From: Octopus bimaculoides
Taxonomy: Eukaryota
Direction of reading: 5' to 3'
NCBI RefSeq assembly: GCF_001194135.2
Contig: NC_068984.1
Span: 23,149,728 to 23,213,727, forward strand
DNA: 64,000 nt
The notes below the pieces were generated by a model that saw nothing but the letters and a program-made list of their open reading frames with translations, did no database searches and had not been told where the DNA came from. Shown here in pieces: positions 38,445 through 51,513 of this stretch (its first letter is position 1; each line of letters begins with the position of its first letter). Made by a program: the position numbers and the translations under genes.

Positions 38445-38646
38445 GCCTGACTGGCCTTTGTGCGGGTGACACGTAAAAGCACCCACTACACTCTTTGAGT
38501 GGTTGGCATTATGAAGGGCATCCAACTGTAGAAACTCTGCCAAATCAGATTGGAGCCTGGTGTAGCCATCTGGTTTCACCAGTCCTCAGTCAAATCGTCC
38601 AACCCATGCTAGCATGGAAAGCGGACGTTAAACGATGATGATGATG
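38445..38646 (+). mobile_element. SINE family C, 5'-truncated
   Basis: Near-identical to the 3' part of 36780-37141. Confidence 0.9.
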
Positions 38647-39393
38647 ATACACACACACACACATATACATATCCCCCTCCTCCTCATCATCATCATACTC
38701 CAGCTCAATTATTATTCAGACGAACTGCTCTACTAGTCAGGTCAGAAGACCACATTTCACTTACAAATTTTACTTTTGGTTGGTTTTTATGGCTGGATGC
38801 CCTCTCAACATCAACCACTTTACAGGTATATATTAATTTCAAATGTTAGCAGAAGGCCAGCAATTTGGGGGTAGGGCTAAGTCAATTATATTTGACCCCT
38901 GTATTCAACTGGTACTTATTCTATTGACCCCAGCATATATTGAGTAGTATTTTACTGTGTCATCAGCACTAGTGAGGTTGTCTTGTCTTTGAAAAGTCCA
39001 AAGGGCCCTCAAGATTTTATGTTGTCCATTTGTATGTCACACTTTAAGGAATGTATATTATACTTCCCGATCTCCATCACCGTTGCCAATTTTAGCATTT
39101 GTATCACAATGTTTTCATGAGTTGGTGGGGTTTGAAAGCTGTTGAGCAGGAGATCAGACCCAGACCTTTTCATGTGCTTCATAAAATTTTTAGTAAATGC
39201 ATAGAAACATAAATAGATGTTTAACTAATTCTGATTATCTTTAGTAGTTATCCTCCATCAAGTAGTGCTTTACCTGAAATAAGGAACTAATAAATATTTC
39301 CAAGGCAACAACATTTTGGTGCCCTACTTGCTGTTAGTGTTGCTTTGATATTTATAAATTCATTTTGCTGCAGCTTGTTAAAACAAACTCATT

Positions 39394-39456
<63 letters not shown>

Positions 39457-40910
39457 ATGCATATTTTCAACAGAGTATTTTAGATCTACATGTACCTGCC
39501 CACCACCATTTACCACAACTCTTTCTACATTTTTAGTCATCATCCTTTCGTTCTCAGCCACTTGCTACTGACAACCATCATTCACTCTTACCATTTACTC
39601 ATCTCTATCATTATGCATCTCTCGCGCACACCTTATCCCAATCTGTTTCTATTATCTTACTCTTGCTTCCTTCATCCACCCACTCACATTCTTCTATTAT
39701 CACCCTCTCCTTTATTTATCTGTTAAGCCCCATGAGAAAAATATAACAGTCTGATGTAGAAAGCAACTTCACTACTATTGTTGTTCGCTACAAAATTTAC
39801 CCAAAATATTCAATGATGTAGTTGGTGAAAAACAAGGATATAAGTCAAGAGGACACTTTAGTTTTGCCATAAACAGGACCTCTCTAAAGCTTATCCAGCT
39901 GCAGAAACCAAGCCTCAAAACTAAAACTAACCCATCTAGGAGGACAATAACTCCCAAAAAAGAACTGACTTGGATTATGATGAATGAGTGTTGGTTTAAG
40001 ATGATGAATATTCAGTGTAACAAGTCACAAGTAAAAATATCAGAAACTGTATTAAAAAATTGGTAAATTCATCCATGAGAACTGTTGTTCTCTCTCATGA
40101 TTAGAATCAATTATGAATCAGCCAGCAGATTCTCACAGAAAACCTGAATATGTACCATGTTCCTACTAAATTTGTTCCCTGCATTCACTTGACATACGCA
40201 TTTGTGTCTTTGCACTATTTCTAAAACTGAAAGTGAAACTGAAGAGGCACTACTTGTAGATAGCAGATGAAATTCAAATGGAAGGTGGATCAACTATTTT
40301 AAAAAAACTCCTAGCTAGTAAAACAGTCAATTCTGATGTTTTTAAGATAAATATATTATTTTCCACTAAAATATTTCTTGATATGTGACAATTGTGAATA
40401 AAAAAAAAATTAAAAAAAAAGAAAACATTCCTATCATAAACAAAAATAGATAAATAGCTAAGGTATTTCAGTGAAATTTTATGTAAATATGGTAACCAAA
40501 ATTATTATCAAAAAAATCCATCACAAATTTTATCATCATACATGTGTGCTTTTATGAGGTAACTCGACCTGCTAGAAATAGCAGCCAGATCTCCTTCAAA
40601 TCAGCAAGAAGGATATATCATAATGATGAAAATAGAACCTTCCCTAGAAATGGTTTATGTAAAAGTCATCTTAGTAAATGTAAATATTGTACAATGTATA
40701 TATCAAGTTTGAAGGATATGAAATGTATGTTCTTAAATAAAATGTCTTCAGTTAAACAATATTGAAAGATTAAGCCTAAGGTACGAGAAAGACAACCTCA
40801 GTTTCAATAATTTACCTAATTAAAATATCCAATCTATTTTTCTGAAAATGGAAATAGAGGTTAAGTAAATAACATTTTAATTTTACCAAAGTCTCTTGTT
40901 ATTTAAACAG

Positions 40911-41063
40911 AATATATTTTATATATAGCTATCTCTCATTCCCTCTGTGTGTAGGCCCTGTCCTATTTAACATTGTCCCAAAACTGATCAAAGAGGAAAA
41001 GGATTCATTCCATCACCTTTAAACGGAGTCTGGACAGATTTCTTCAAGGAATACCAGACAAGC
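40911..41063 (+). repeat. Inverted duplicate of 42104-42264 (CR1-like LINE 3' fragment plus flank)
   Basis: atagctatctctcatt...gtaggccctg...cattgtcccaaaactgatcaaaga...ccagacaagc present on both strands. Confidence 0.85.
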
Positions 41064-41424
41064 TAAAATTTAAAATTTTGCCTTCTTGCCGTTAAAAATG
41101 CAATGGGTATTGAGCATGTACACACACACCATATATATATATACATATATATAAAAGGTTGAAGAGGAAATATATATATATAACTGTTCGTTCATTAAAT
41201 GTGTTTTTCTATGCTAACATAGGTTGGACAGAAACACTTGGGACAAGATTTTACAACCGGATGCTTTTCTTGTTTTTTTTATTCCAGAGAGCTTTACAGC
41301 AACAGGTCATGTCATCAAGGAATGTCAACATCACTTCATCCAACACACACACCAGGGATTGGGGAAAAGAATCTTGTGATTAAAAGCTGATTTATTAACA
41401 AATATGAAATGGAATATATATATT

Positions 41425-41923
41425 CTTTTACTCTTTTTACTCAGTCATTTGACTGCAGCCATGCTGGAACACCGCCTTTTAGTCGAGCAAATTAACCCCA
41501 GGACTTACTCTTTGTAAGCCTAGTACTTATTCTATCGGTCTCTTTTGCCGAACCGCTAATTTACGGAGACGCAAACGCACCAGCATCAGTTGGGTGGAAC
41601 AAACACACACACACACAAACATATANNNNNNNNNNNNNNNNNNNNNNNNNNNNNNNNNNNNNNNNNNNNNNNNNNNNNNNNNNNNNNNNNNNNNNNNNNN
41701 NNNNNNNNNNNNNNNNNNNNNNNNNNNNNNNNNNNNNNNNNNNNNNNNNNNNNNNNNNNNNNNNNNNNNNNNNNNNNNNNNNNATATATATATATATATA
41801 TACGACGGGCTTCTTTCAGTTTCCGTTTACCAAATCTACTCACAAGGCTTTGGTCGTCCCGAGGCTATAGTAGAACCATGTGGTTGTTAAGCAAGCTACT
41901 TACCACACAGCCACTCCTGCGCC
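41425..41923 (-). mobile_element. SINE family B spanning an assembly gap at its internal microsatellite
   Basis: Both halves match 62625-63022; N-gap 41626-41783. Confidence 0.85.
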
Positions 41924-42035
41924 TATTATATATAAAAACTTAGATAAAACTTAGATATGTTTCGACCAAAGATTGGTCTAGGCCATGTCTAACTTAATAG
42001 CACCACCTGATAGGATTATCTAAATCCTTTTTAAG

Positions 42036-42210
42036 TCAAGTTTTGTTTATGGTCCATTCAAGTAGTGAGTTCTTGCTGTGTGAGTTGTATCCAGGTATGG
42101 GTGGCTTGTCTGGTAGTCCTTGAAGAAATCTGTCCAGACTCCGTTTAAAGGTGATGGAATCCTTTTCGTCTTTGATCAGTTTTGGGACAATGTGAAACAG
42201 GGCAGGGCCT
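42036..42210 (-). mobile_element. 3' end of a CR1/L2-like LINE
   Basis: GPALFHIVPKLIKDEKDSITFKRSLDRFLQGLPDKPPIPGYNSHSKNSLLEW resembles CR1-clade ORF2 C-termini. Confidence 0.75.
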
Positions 42211-44286
42211 ACACACACACACACACACATACAGAGAATGAGAGATAGCTATGTATAATATATTATTTATAAATTAAATGTACAGCTTTATCCAGCACAG
42301 AAGGCGGACTTTAAACGATGATGATGATGACTGTGTATATATGCATATATTTTAAACTTGAAACTATTATGATATATATATACACTCAGATATACACACA
42401 TTCATACATACAGCCAAACAGATATAAGATTTAGCATGAGGAAGAGAGTTGTGCAATATGACTACAAGAGGTACATATAAGTATATGTAGATAATTTCAC
42501 ATAATATCTCCATACTTAGGTAGGAAAATATAAATAAAACACTTGAGATTAAATTAAAATTTTGAAATTTTTTTTTAACTAGACAGAGCTGTTATTGTTA
42601 CACACTGAATTACTATCTGGGTTTCCCCAACTTCAGTCTCTTGACTAAAAACGTGGGAAAAGAAAATTAGTAACCGCTAAGAGCTTGATTTCATGATTTA
42701 GGAAAAGGAAAAAGATATCCTTTCATAAAATTTTTTTCGACCTTAGTAATTAATTACCAGTCTATAACATCAAACTTATAACACACACATGAAATAAAAA
42801 GAAAAAAAGAAAAGATCTTATGGATTGTTTGAATATCACTATTGACCAAGAATCGAAAAAGATGAATGCCAATCGTTCCAGACATTTCATGCAACTCGTT
42901 CTACCATCCAAGAAAGCAACATTCCTTTATTTGTAATGCCATTAAGTTTTCTTTTATAGAATTATCAACTTAAAAAAAAAAAAGATTAAGAGAGTGTAAA
43001 AAAAACTACGTGACTGCAAGTTTTCCGGGAAGACTTTTATTTCTTTTTAAATTTGAGAAGTTGTAATTCGTTCATTAAGGTAGACGTGGCGAAATTTGGG
43101 TGAGTGCGGTCAGTAATGAGTGAAACCAGTTGAATTAGGCGCGAACTTTAAAAAGTATTAGTCTCACGTGTTGAACAGCTAACAATGACGCGAATAAGTA
43201 ACTTCCTTGTTAGGGAAGTCATTACTTTGCATTTATTCTATTTTAAAGAATTCGTTTAACTTAATACAAGGACATCCTTTAAAAGACGAAGTTAGCTTTG
43301 AGTTAAGAGTGAAGTTTGAAATGGAAAAGCTAATAAAAGTGACAAGTGGAGTGGTTAGTTGCGAATGATTAGACTCGGTACTAGCAGGCTGAAGTAAAAA
43401 ATGGATTTTAATAGCGATCAAACGAAACCACTTGACATTAGATTTTTCCGTCAACTACACAAAGTTAAGAACAGAAATTCTGAGCTGTGTCTTGGTGAAG
43501 AGTCAGTGTTTGAGTGATGGATTGGTAGAATTGTTAGAGCTTTGGGGAAAAAAAAATGTTCAGCAATATTTTTTTTCCCGACGTTTTACACCAAATCCAA
43601 ATTCCCGCCGGAGCCAACTTTGCCTTTTGTCCTTCTGGAATCGATAATAACGTCTCAGTCAAATACTGAGGTCGATGAACTTAAATCAGAAACTTATATT
43701 TTCTAGTCAAATACTGATCTATTATAATTTTAGCCCACACCATCCTAATTTTTCCACATGAACATTATAACAAGGTTTAATGGGTTTGAAGGCAAAGTCG
43801 AAGTTCGCGAGATTTTCCACATCGGAATTGAAACCGCGAGCTAAATAAAATGTACTCTTAAAGCATTTTTCAGACGCAGTTGTCTCAAACATTGCCAATG
43901 CTTAATTTTTGATTCAATGTCTGGAGCATTCATATTGATTTTAGATATTTGAGATAATATTTAATAATGTTGTGTCTCTCCATGCCAGAAAAAAAAAAAG
44001 AAATTTTAAAAAATAGATTCATAGTCAAATATTAGTTTCAAACATATGATTAGAAGTAATTAGCAATGTTCCAAAGCTTGACACTGCACTGAAATAAATT
44101 CTACAAGTATTCTCTAAAAGTATCTTTGAACTGCGTATAAACAATAAATGGATCCAAGCACTCGTTAATCTGGCTTTGTAATCGATTTATTTTTTCAATG
44201 ATTAATAGCTATTTATTGATTTCTTTTTTAGCTATCGAAGTCAATAGACATTATGAAGAATGTATGTATATAGTCATCCCCCTATC

Positions 44287-44339
<53 letters not shown>

Positions 44340-44387
44340 TATATAAGGGCATTACTATACAAGAATGCCTCACGCTANNNNNNNNNN

Positions 44388-44436
<49 letters not shown>

Positions 44437-45121
44437 TAAGTCAGGGAAAAGATGCACTCGTATGTCTGAATCAAACCACCTCAGGGAAACTCTAATTTGA
44501 GTGCTGTTCTACACTAGATGCTCGTTAGCGTTAAGTACCAATTAAGTAATCTAACAAGTATTGCTAATATGTGGCAAAAAATAAAAATCTATTTACACGA
44601 TTTATTCGCACGAACAATTTGAAATACGCAGTTGAACGTTTATCTTGGATAGAAAAATGCGAGGGAAAATAGTAAAATCCATATATGGCAAGTTTATACG
44701 TTGTTTATTTAACAAGGAAACAAAAGCAACATGAAGGGAAATCAAGAAATAGGGCGGGAAAAGGGTTGAGGTAAAAATAGATATTACATTTGTTATACAA
44801 CGTACTAGAAAGTATTTATACATATATAAGGAAGAAAATATCTAACCTCCTTCTCTCTAAACACACACACATACACACACANNNNNNNNNNNNNNNNNNN
44901 NNNNNNNNNNNNNNNNNNNNNNNNNNNNNNNNNNNNNTATATATGTATATATATATATACACTTTCATTCTTTGACAGTCGATTAAATAAGTACTAGGTA
45001 AGCATTGGAGGCAATGCAATCGACTTAGCCCGTCTAAAATTGCTGGCTTTGTGCCAAAATTTAAGGACGTAATCTTTCATCATCTACACACAGTCTCTCT
45101 CACACACACACACATACCAAT

Positions 45122-45198
45122 TCTATCTATCTGCCTTTCTATCTATCTACCTATCTGTCTATCTATCTATATATCTATCTATCTATCTATCTATCTAC

Positions 45199-45260
<62 letters not shown>

Positions 45261-45280
45261 GTCTATCTATCTATCTATCT
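45122..45280. repeat. (ATCT)n tetranucleotide microsatellite
   Basis: Direct reading of the sequence. Confidence 0.95.
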
Positions 45281-46236
45281 AATTAGACAGATGGAGAGAA
45301 AGAAAAGGAATATTTACATAACGAGGTAGTGGATACAGAGGAGTGAGTTATGAGAAAAAACTCCACGTATAAATAAAATGTACATTATTACATGATCACT
45401 CAACACAATGTATCTACCATGTGATTCTGAACGGTGAACACTAGGAAAAAAGGAGAAAAAAATCAATAGATCCCTAAAACACATTTCTACTAGACAGCCG
45501 TCAGACGAATATATTGATTTCTCTCGTAAATGCAAGGTCTCACATTAATAGAAATAGGGGAATGAGATCGTGACTTTCTCAAGGGCATTAGCCAGTATGT
45601 AATGATACAGCTGTGATCGAAAATCGAAACCCTCATTACACAACCTATTACCGCGGTATATCGCCACAATGTTTTCTGTTTATCAGACCAATATATTTTC
45701 TTTCGACTAATGTACACAGATTAAATTAGAGAAATATTTTAATTTCAAATTGCGAAAGCCATGTCTTTCTGAGGAAAAACTCATTAATGAGATGAAATGG
45801 TCTCTTCACTAGAAAAAATTCGAGACCGGTTTGCGCCATTTTTTGGTGTGAGAAGACGTAATTCACCGAACAGACGAATCATTTGCCTTTTATTTCATTA
45901 ACCACGAATCTAAAACAGCAAAACTAAATACTGTAATGTATTTAGAGTTTCACGATCTTTCATAGTTATGATACACCAGCATTTATTAAGTTAAGTGAGA
46001 TCCTTTCTATGAACAGTATTCTAAAAATGAACATGTTCATTCATTTGTAAGATCCAACATTACTCCAACCGATATATTACACGTATACGTATGTAAGCAT
46101 GTATGAGCGCCAAACGTTACACATGTCAAACTCAAACATTGGGATTGTACCGATGTTGAGACATCATTGATGTATAATATTATATATTTAGATCACCTGT
46201 GAACTAAAATCCCATACTTTGTGTGTATATATATAT

Positions 46237-46340
46237 ACTCCAGCAGGGCCGCAGTCAAATGACTGAAACAAGTAAAAGTATATATATATATATATATACT
46301 TTTACTTGTTTCATTCATTTGACTGCGGGCTTGCTGGAGT
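46237..46340. repeat. 104-bp hairpin made of two SINE-B 3' ends tail-to-tail around (TA)n
   Basis: actccagcagggccgcagtcaaatgactgaaacaagtaaaagta / tacttttacttgtttcattcatttgactgcgggcttgctggagt, 3 mismatches. Confidence 0.9.
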
Positions 46341-46348
46341 GTGTGTGT

Positions 46349-46388
<40 letters not shown>

Positions 46389-46563
46389 CGAGAGACAGAT
46401 AAATATACATGTATACACTATATATATATATATACATCACAATGCGGAACATGAATAATACTATGAAAGAATCTAATGTCCTCTCAACATGATTTTTTAT
46501 GATTTTTACCGTTACAATGAAACCGGTAAATGGAGGGAAAGTAGCGATAGAAGAAAGTAGAAA

Positions 46564-47490
46564 NNNNNNNNNNNNNNNNNNNNNNNNNNNNNNNNNNNNN
46601 NNNNNNNNNNNNNNNNNNNNNNNNNNNNNNNNNNNNNNNNNNNNNNNNNNNNNNNNNNNNNNNNNNNNNNNNNNNNNNNNNNNNNNNNNNNNNNNNNNNN
46701 NNNNNNNNNNNNNNNNNNNNNNNNNNNNNNNNNNNNNNNNNNNNNNNNNNNNNNNNNNNNNNNNNNNNNNNNNNNNNNNNNNNNNNNNNNNNNNNNNNNN
46801 NNNNNNNNNNNNNNNNNNNNNNNNNNNNNNNNNNNNNNNNNNNNNNNNNNNNNNNNNNNNNNNNNNNNNNNNNNNNNNNNNNNNNNNNNNNNNNNNNNNN
46901 NNNNNNNNNNNNNNNNNNNNNNNNNNNNNNNNNNNNNNNNNNNNNNNNNNNNNNNNNNNNNNNNNNNNNNNNNNNNNNNNNNNNNNNNNNNNNNNNNNNN
47001 NNNNNNNNNNNNNNNNNNNNNNNNNNNNNNNNNNNNNNNNNNNNNNNNNNNNNNNNNNNNNNNNNNNNNNNNNNNNNNNNNNNNNNNNNNNNNNNNNNNN
47101 NNNNNNNNNNNNNNNNNNNNNNNNNNNNNNNNNNNNNNNNNNNNNNNNNNNNNNNNNNNNNNNNNNNNNNNNNNNNNNNNNNNNNNNNNNNNNNNNNNNN
47201 NNNNNNNNNNNNNNNNNNNNNNNNNNNNNNNNNNNNNNNNNNNNNNNNNNNNNNNNNNNNNNNNNNNNNNNNNNNNNNNNNNNNNNNNNNNNNNNNNNNN
47301 NNNNNNNNNNNNNNNNNNNNNNNNNNNNNNNNNNNNNNNNNNNNNNNNNNNNNNNNNNNNNNNNNNNNNNNNNNNNNNNNNNNNNNNNNNNNNNNNNNNN
47401 NNNNNNNNNNNNNNNNNNNNNNNNNNNNNNNNNNNNNNNNNNNNNNNNNNNNNNNNNNNNNNNNNNNNNNNNNNNNNNNNNNNNNNNNNN
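46564..47490. other. Assembly gap (N run); other gaps at 41626-41783, 44378-44387, 44882-44937, 51861-51921, 61340-62221
   Basis: N runs, mostly abutting microsatellites; the long X-containing ORFs in the track are artefacts. Confidence 0.99.
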
Positions 47491-48669
47491 ATATATATAT
47501 ATATATATATATATAATATGTATGTATGTATGTATATTTATATATAAACGTATGTATGTGTATAACTCGCATTTTCAGAGAATATATTTAAAGGACATCT
47601 GCATTATGTATGTAGACAATAAGACAAATTATTCCGATGGCCATTTATATTGCGTTGAACCACGAAACACCCACACATCCAAACACAAAGAGAATAGCAT
47701 TTAATATCACGAAATCATACATATACAGACGTAGATATATAAATATACCTACAAATACATACAGATATATGGAATCGTGTCTGATTAGCTTTAATTGATT
47801 ACACAAAGACACATAAATGTACATGCACACAGACAAGCACGTTTTATTTTTCTGTGCAATACACCCGAGCAGTTAATGCAACGTGAGTGCACTGATGCTG
47901 CGGGTACATCAGCACATAATTGCAGTAGAAACCAAGGTTTATATTCATCTTTTTTTCTTTCTTTTTCTTTTTTTGTCTTTCTTGTGTATATATGTGTGTA
48001 TGTATTTCAGAGATAGATAGCTGCCCTGATATAAGTTGCTGCAGGTGATGAAAACTGAAGAGAAATGAGGGAAAAGGAAGATGTAATCGGGTCTTTCAGT
48101 TCATTTTGCCGGCTTCGCCTAAAGAGACTGAACACTAAAACCTAATTAACGCGTGAAGTAAAAGGATTATTTTTTTCTACCATTATTATTATTATTATCA
48201 ATATCATTATTATTATCATTATTATTATTATTATTATTTCTAATGACTATGTTAAAAATCATTATTATTACAACTAAATCTCGCTCTAATATTTTATATT
48301 CCTATGTTCCGTCATGTGGTGCATTGTCAGTAGACTGAATTCTAAAACGCCATGCATTTCGATTCCCTTTTTAAGTAAGGAGTTACTTGTAAATGTTATT
48401 ACAGAAGTAAACCACTAGAACAAATTACATATATATATATATAGCTATAAAAAAAAAAGAAACAAATTAGGAGACAGGTGCTTAACTTGTGTAAGGATAC
48501 ATTATATTAATCTGTACAGGCTAGAAAATGAAATTGAAAAGAATCAATCAATGAAAAGTGTTAGATCGATCTAATAATATTTTTTTTGGCAGATTATATA
48601 TATAATGTATATATACATATATATGTATATATTGTCAAATGAGCTGGGGGTTTTCTTTGATTTACCCAC

Positions 48670-48877
48670 CATTAAATTTTTTGCCCTCAGGTTGTTCGTT
48701 GTCCCCAGCGTTCCCCCACGCATCGGCTTCCTCTTCGTCTTGATCGGGTTCGAAGGGGCGATTCCGCGCCTGCGGCTGTGCACTTGACAACTCGTTCTCC
48801 GCGTTCAGGGGGTCGTTGACGCTGTACTCGGGGGGGCACTCGTCAACCGGGACAGGAACCCCCGGCGCAGGAACCAT
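48670..48877 (-). CDS. SLC34A: SLC34 coding exon 1 (MVPAPGVPVPVDECPPEY...EGKKFN); exon probably starts at acceptor 48889
   Basis: Acceptor tgatgcag|GTACCC at 48890/48889; ATG at 48877; donor AATG|GTGGGT at 48670 is phase 1 and matches the next exon. Acidic N-terminal tail ending DAW...KF resembles NaPi-II N-termini. The start codon is uncertain. Confidence 0.8.
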
Positions 48878-49619
48878 TTTGGTGGGTACCTGCATCATTT
48901 ATGATCACAGATTAACAGCTTCTCACCACATCTCACCACATTATTATAAATCATGTAAACAAAACATACACGTTTATTTTTATAAATTAAAAAAAGAAAA
49001 AGAAAAGAAACTAATCTGTAAAAAAAGAATAAAAGAGAAAACATTATAAATACGGGGAAAACGCAATAATATATAATACAAGACAAAAAATATCTGTTGC
49101 GTTTTTTTTAATCTCAAAGAAAAATAGCACATATAATTAAGAGAACATATATTTGTATATATATAGTGGTGACACTATAGGTAGATATGTTTGACTAAAG
49201 ACTAGAAAATATATGCATATATATGTAGCTTTGTTTTTTTTTTAATTTTTTTATTTTTGTCTTTTGTTTTAATAAATTATATATATATATATATCTAAAT
49301 TGTAGCTCAAAGGAAAGAGTGACGGAATAAAATAGTGGAATTAATATAGCAGTTTTATACTTACCTCTACTTCGTATAGAGACTGGTTGTCTTTGGTCAG
49401 TTTATTAATTTTATTTTGCTGACAAGTGTCGCCGGTAGTTGTCAACGAATTTGGACGTAAGTGGAATGGGTCAACTTCAAGTCTGCGGCCTTCGGCAGCC
49501 TTTACAGAACTTGACGACACAAAGAAAGAACCCATGTTAACACGACGGCTGATAGACGAACAACTACATCGATTTACTTTTCTAATGATCCATCCCACTT
49601 CAATAGGCTCCACCCACCA

Positions 49620-49810
49620 TCATGCTACCGAATCGCTAACTCGCCGGGCAAAATGCTAAGCATCCGTCTTTACGTTCTGATAAAGCTGAGGTTGACTTTG
49701 CCTTTCAGACTCGATAAAATAAGTACTAGTTGAGTACCGAAGCCGATGTAATCGACTTAGCCCTTTTTTCTCCTGAAATTGCTGGCCTTGTGCCAAAATT
49801 TGAAACCAAT
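49620..49810 (+). mobile_element. SINE family A copy, plus orientation, with internal deletions
   Basis: cgccgggcaaaatgctaagc...gttgactttgcctttc...gccttgtgccaaaatttgaaacc. Confidence 0.8.
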
Positions 49811-50237
49811 TTTAAGAAATACATTATATCAATTAATGAGAATCGAAATTACAAGTTACATAAGATCTAATTCAGCGTTGTAATGTTGATTTATTTTATT
49901 CACAATTTATTATTAAACGAATTTTTGTAAAACAAAATATTTTTACGACTAGAATAGAGAGACAATTTTTTAGAAGTATAAATAATCGAGAAAAAAAAAA
50001 ATCCAGAATTATTTGAACAAAGGGAAAAAGAAAAAACAGGAGGGCGGGAAATTTGAAGATCAGAACAAGAAGTGATGTGTGGGAAAAGCCCGTGTGTCTG
50101 GGTGTGGGTGCGCGCGTATGTTTATATATATACACACACCATTCATATATAGAAAGTATATAAATTCACATACGAATGATGTATATGTATGTATATATAT
50201 ACATACACGCATTTATGTGTGTACACACACACACACA

Positions 50238-50335
<98 letters not shown>

Positions 50336-51513
50336 ATTTATATAGATAAATATATATAGACGGACAGGCACAGATAAATCGATTGATACATATTTACTAA
50401 TATATGTGAATATATATGCATGCTTGTTATGATGTTATGCGTGCGGGCGGGCGAGCGTGTGCGTGTGTGTGCACATATATCTATGATGGCTCAGAATTGT
50501 ATGTGTATATATCTCTTATGGTTCAGTGTGTCGCTATCCAATGTTGTTTTTTTCCTTCCTATCTCATCAACTCGACCTGCTAGAAAGAGAAATAAAATCA
50601 CAAATCACTTTATTCTCATTTTTAAAAATCGTAAAACAGGACACACTAGATTTATTATGCTTGTCTCTGTTTATATGTAATAAAAGCACGTTTACATTTA
50701 CTGAGCTGGAAGTTGAAGGCTTCTCTCTTTCTTTTTATACTTTAGAACAATTACATTCTTACACTTATTTATATTCAAGATCTTCACAGTCTTAACTTCT
50801 AAATGTGTCCTCTAAATCTTATTTACTTTTCGCTATAGCAACGGGACCACGTTCCCATGTAACTAAATGGTACCAAAGAGCAACAAGTGAACTCGGAGAT
50901 TATGGTTTTGTTTCGCTGCTGGAATCGCGTCTTTTCGTTTTCTAATGTCACCGAAAACTGAATTAATAATTTTCCATCACACTTATTCTGACTCTACGAA
51001 TCTGTAACATCGTCGTTGTTTTGTATTTATTTTGTTATGATTTACGCGGATTGATATGTTATGAATCAGGAGGCAGTTGCGCGCCTTTACGCTCTTTGTT
51101 TATATAACCACCGAGGCGACTACGTTACCTGTCCGCGATCGATAGAATAAGAATCAGTAGAGTAATGAAGCTAATGTAATCAGTTATAAGCTTTCCCAAC
51201 GTTTGAGGCCTTATACTTACCTAAGAAATCTATATTTTATATGGTACAATAGCGGCCGCTTAGTTTGACAAAGTTTCTTGTCAATCATGAATTTTCAAAA
51301 GTTCTCCGGTAATTTTCTTTCATGTAAATAAATGTCTATGATAATCTAAGAGTTTGCCAGCAAAATCTTATAAAATGACTATGTTCTAAAAGAAAAAGAA
51401 AAACAAAAAAAAACTGATATACTGTTTAATACATCTGCAGATGATGTTTTTTTCTTTTGTTTTGTTTTTTTGTATGTCGTACTGGATTGATATAATCATA
51501 ATCTAGTTTAGAC

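Larger units (their letters stand above)
8161..48889 (-). other. SLC34A: Gene span of an SLC34-family (NaPi-II) Na+/phosphate cotransporter, 8 coding exons, about 653 aa; 5' end not fully resolved
   Basis: Exons joined by hand with GT-AG sites and matching phases (1,1,1,1,0,0,1); summed CDS 1962 nt including stop. Two QSSS repeats, GANIGTS and GSNIGTT motifs, and the KYRWFA segment are typical of SLC34. Confidence 0.95.

Noticed and set aside
46484-47704. Long ORFs of 300-400 aa (also 61334-62278 and 41586-41943)
   Set aside because: Artefacts of translating N-gaps
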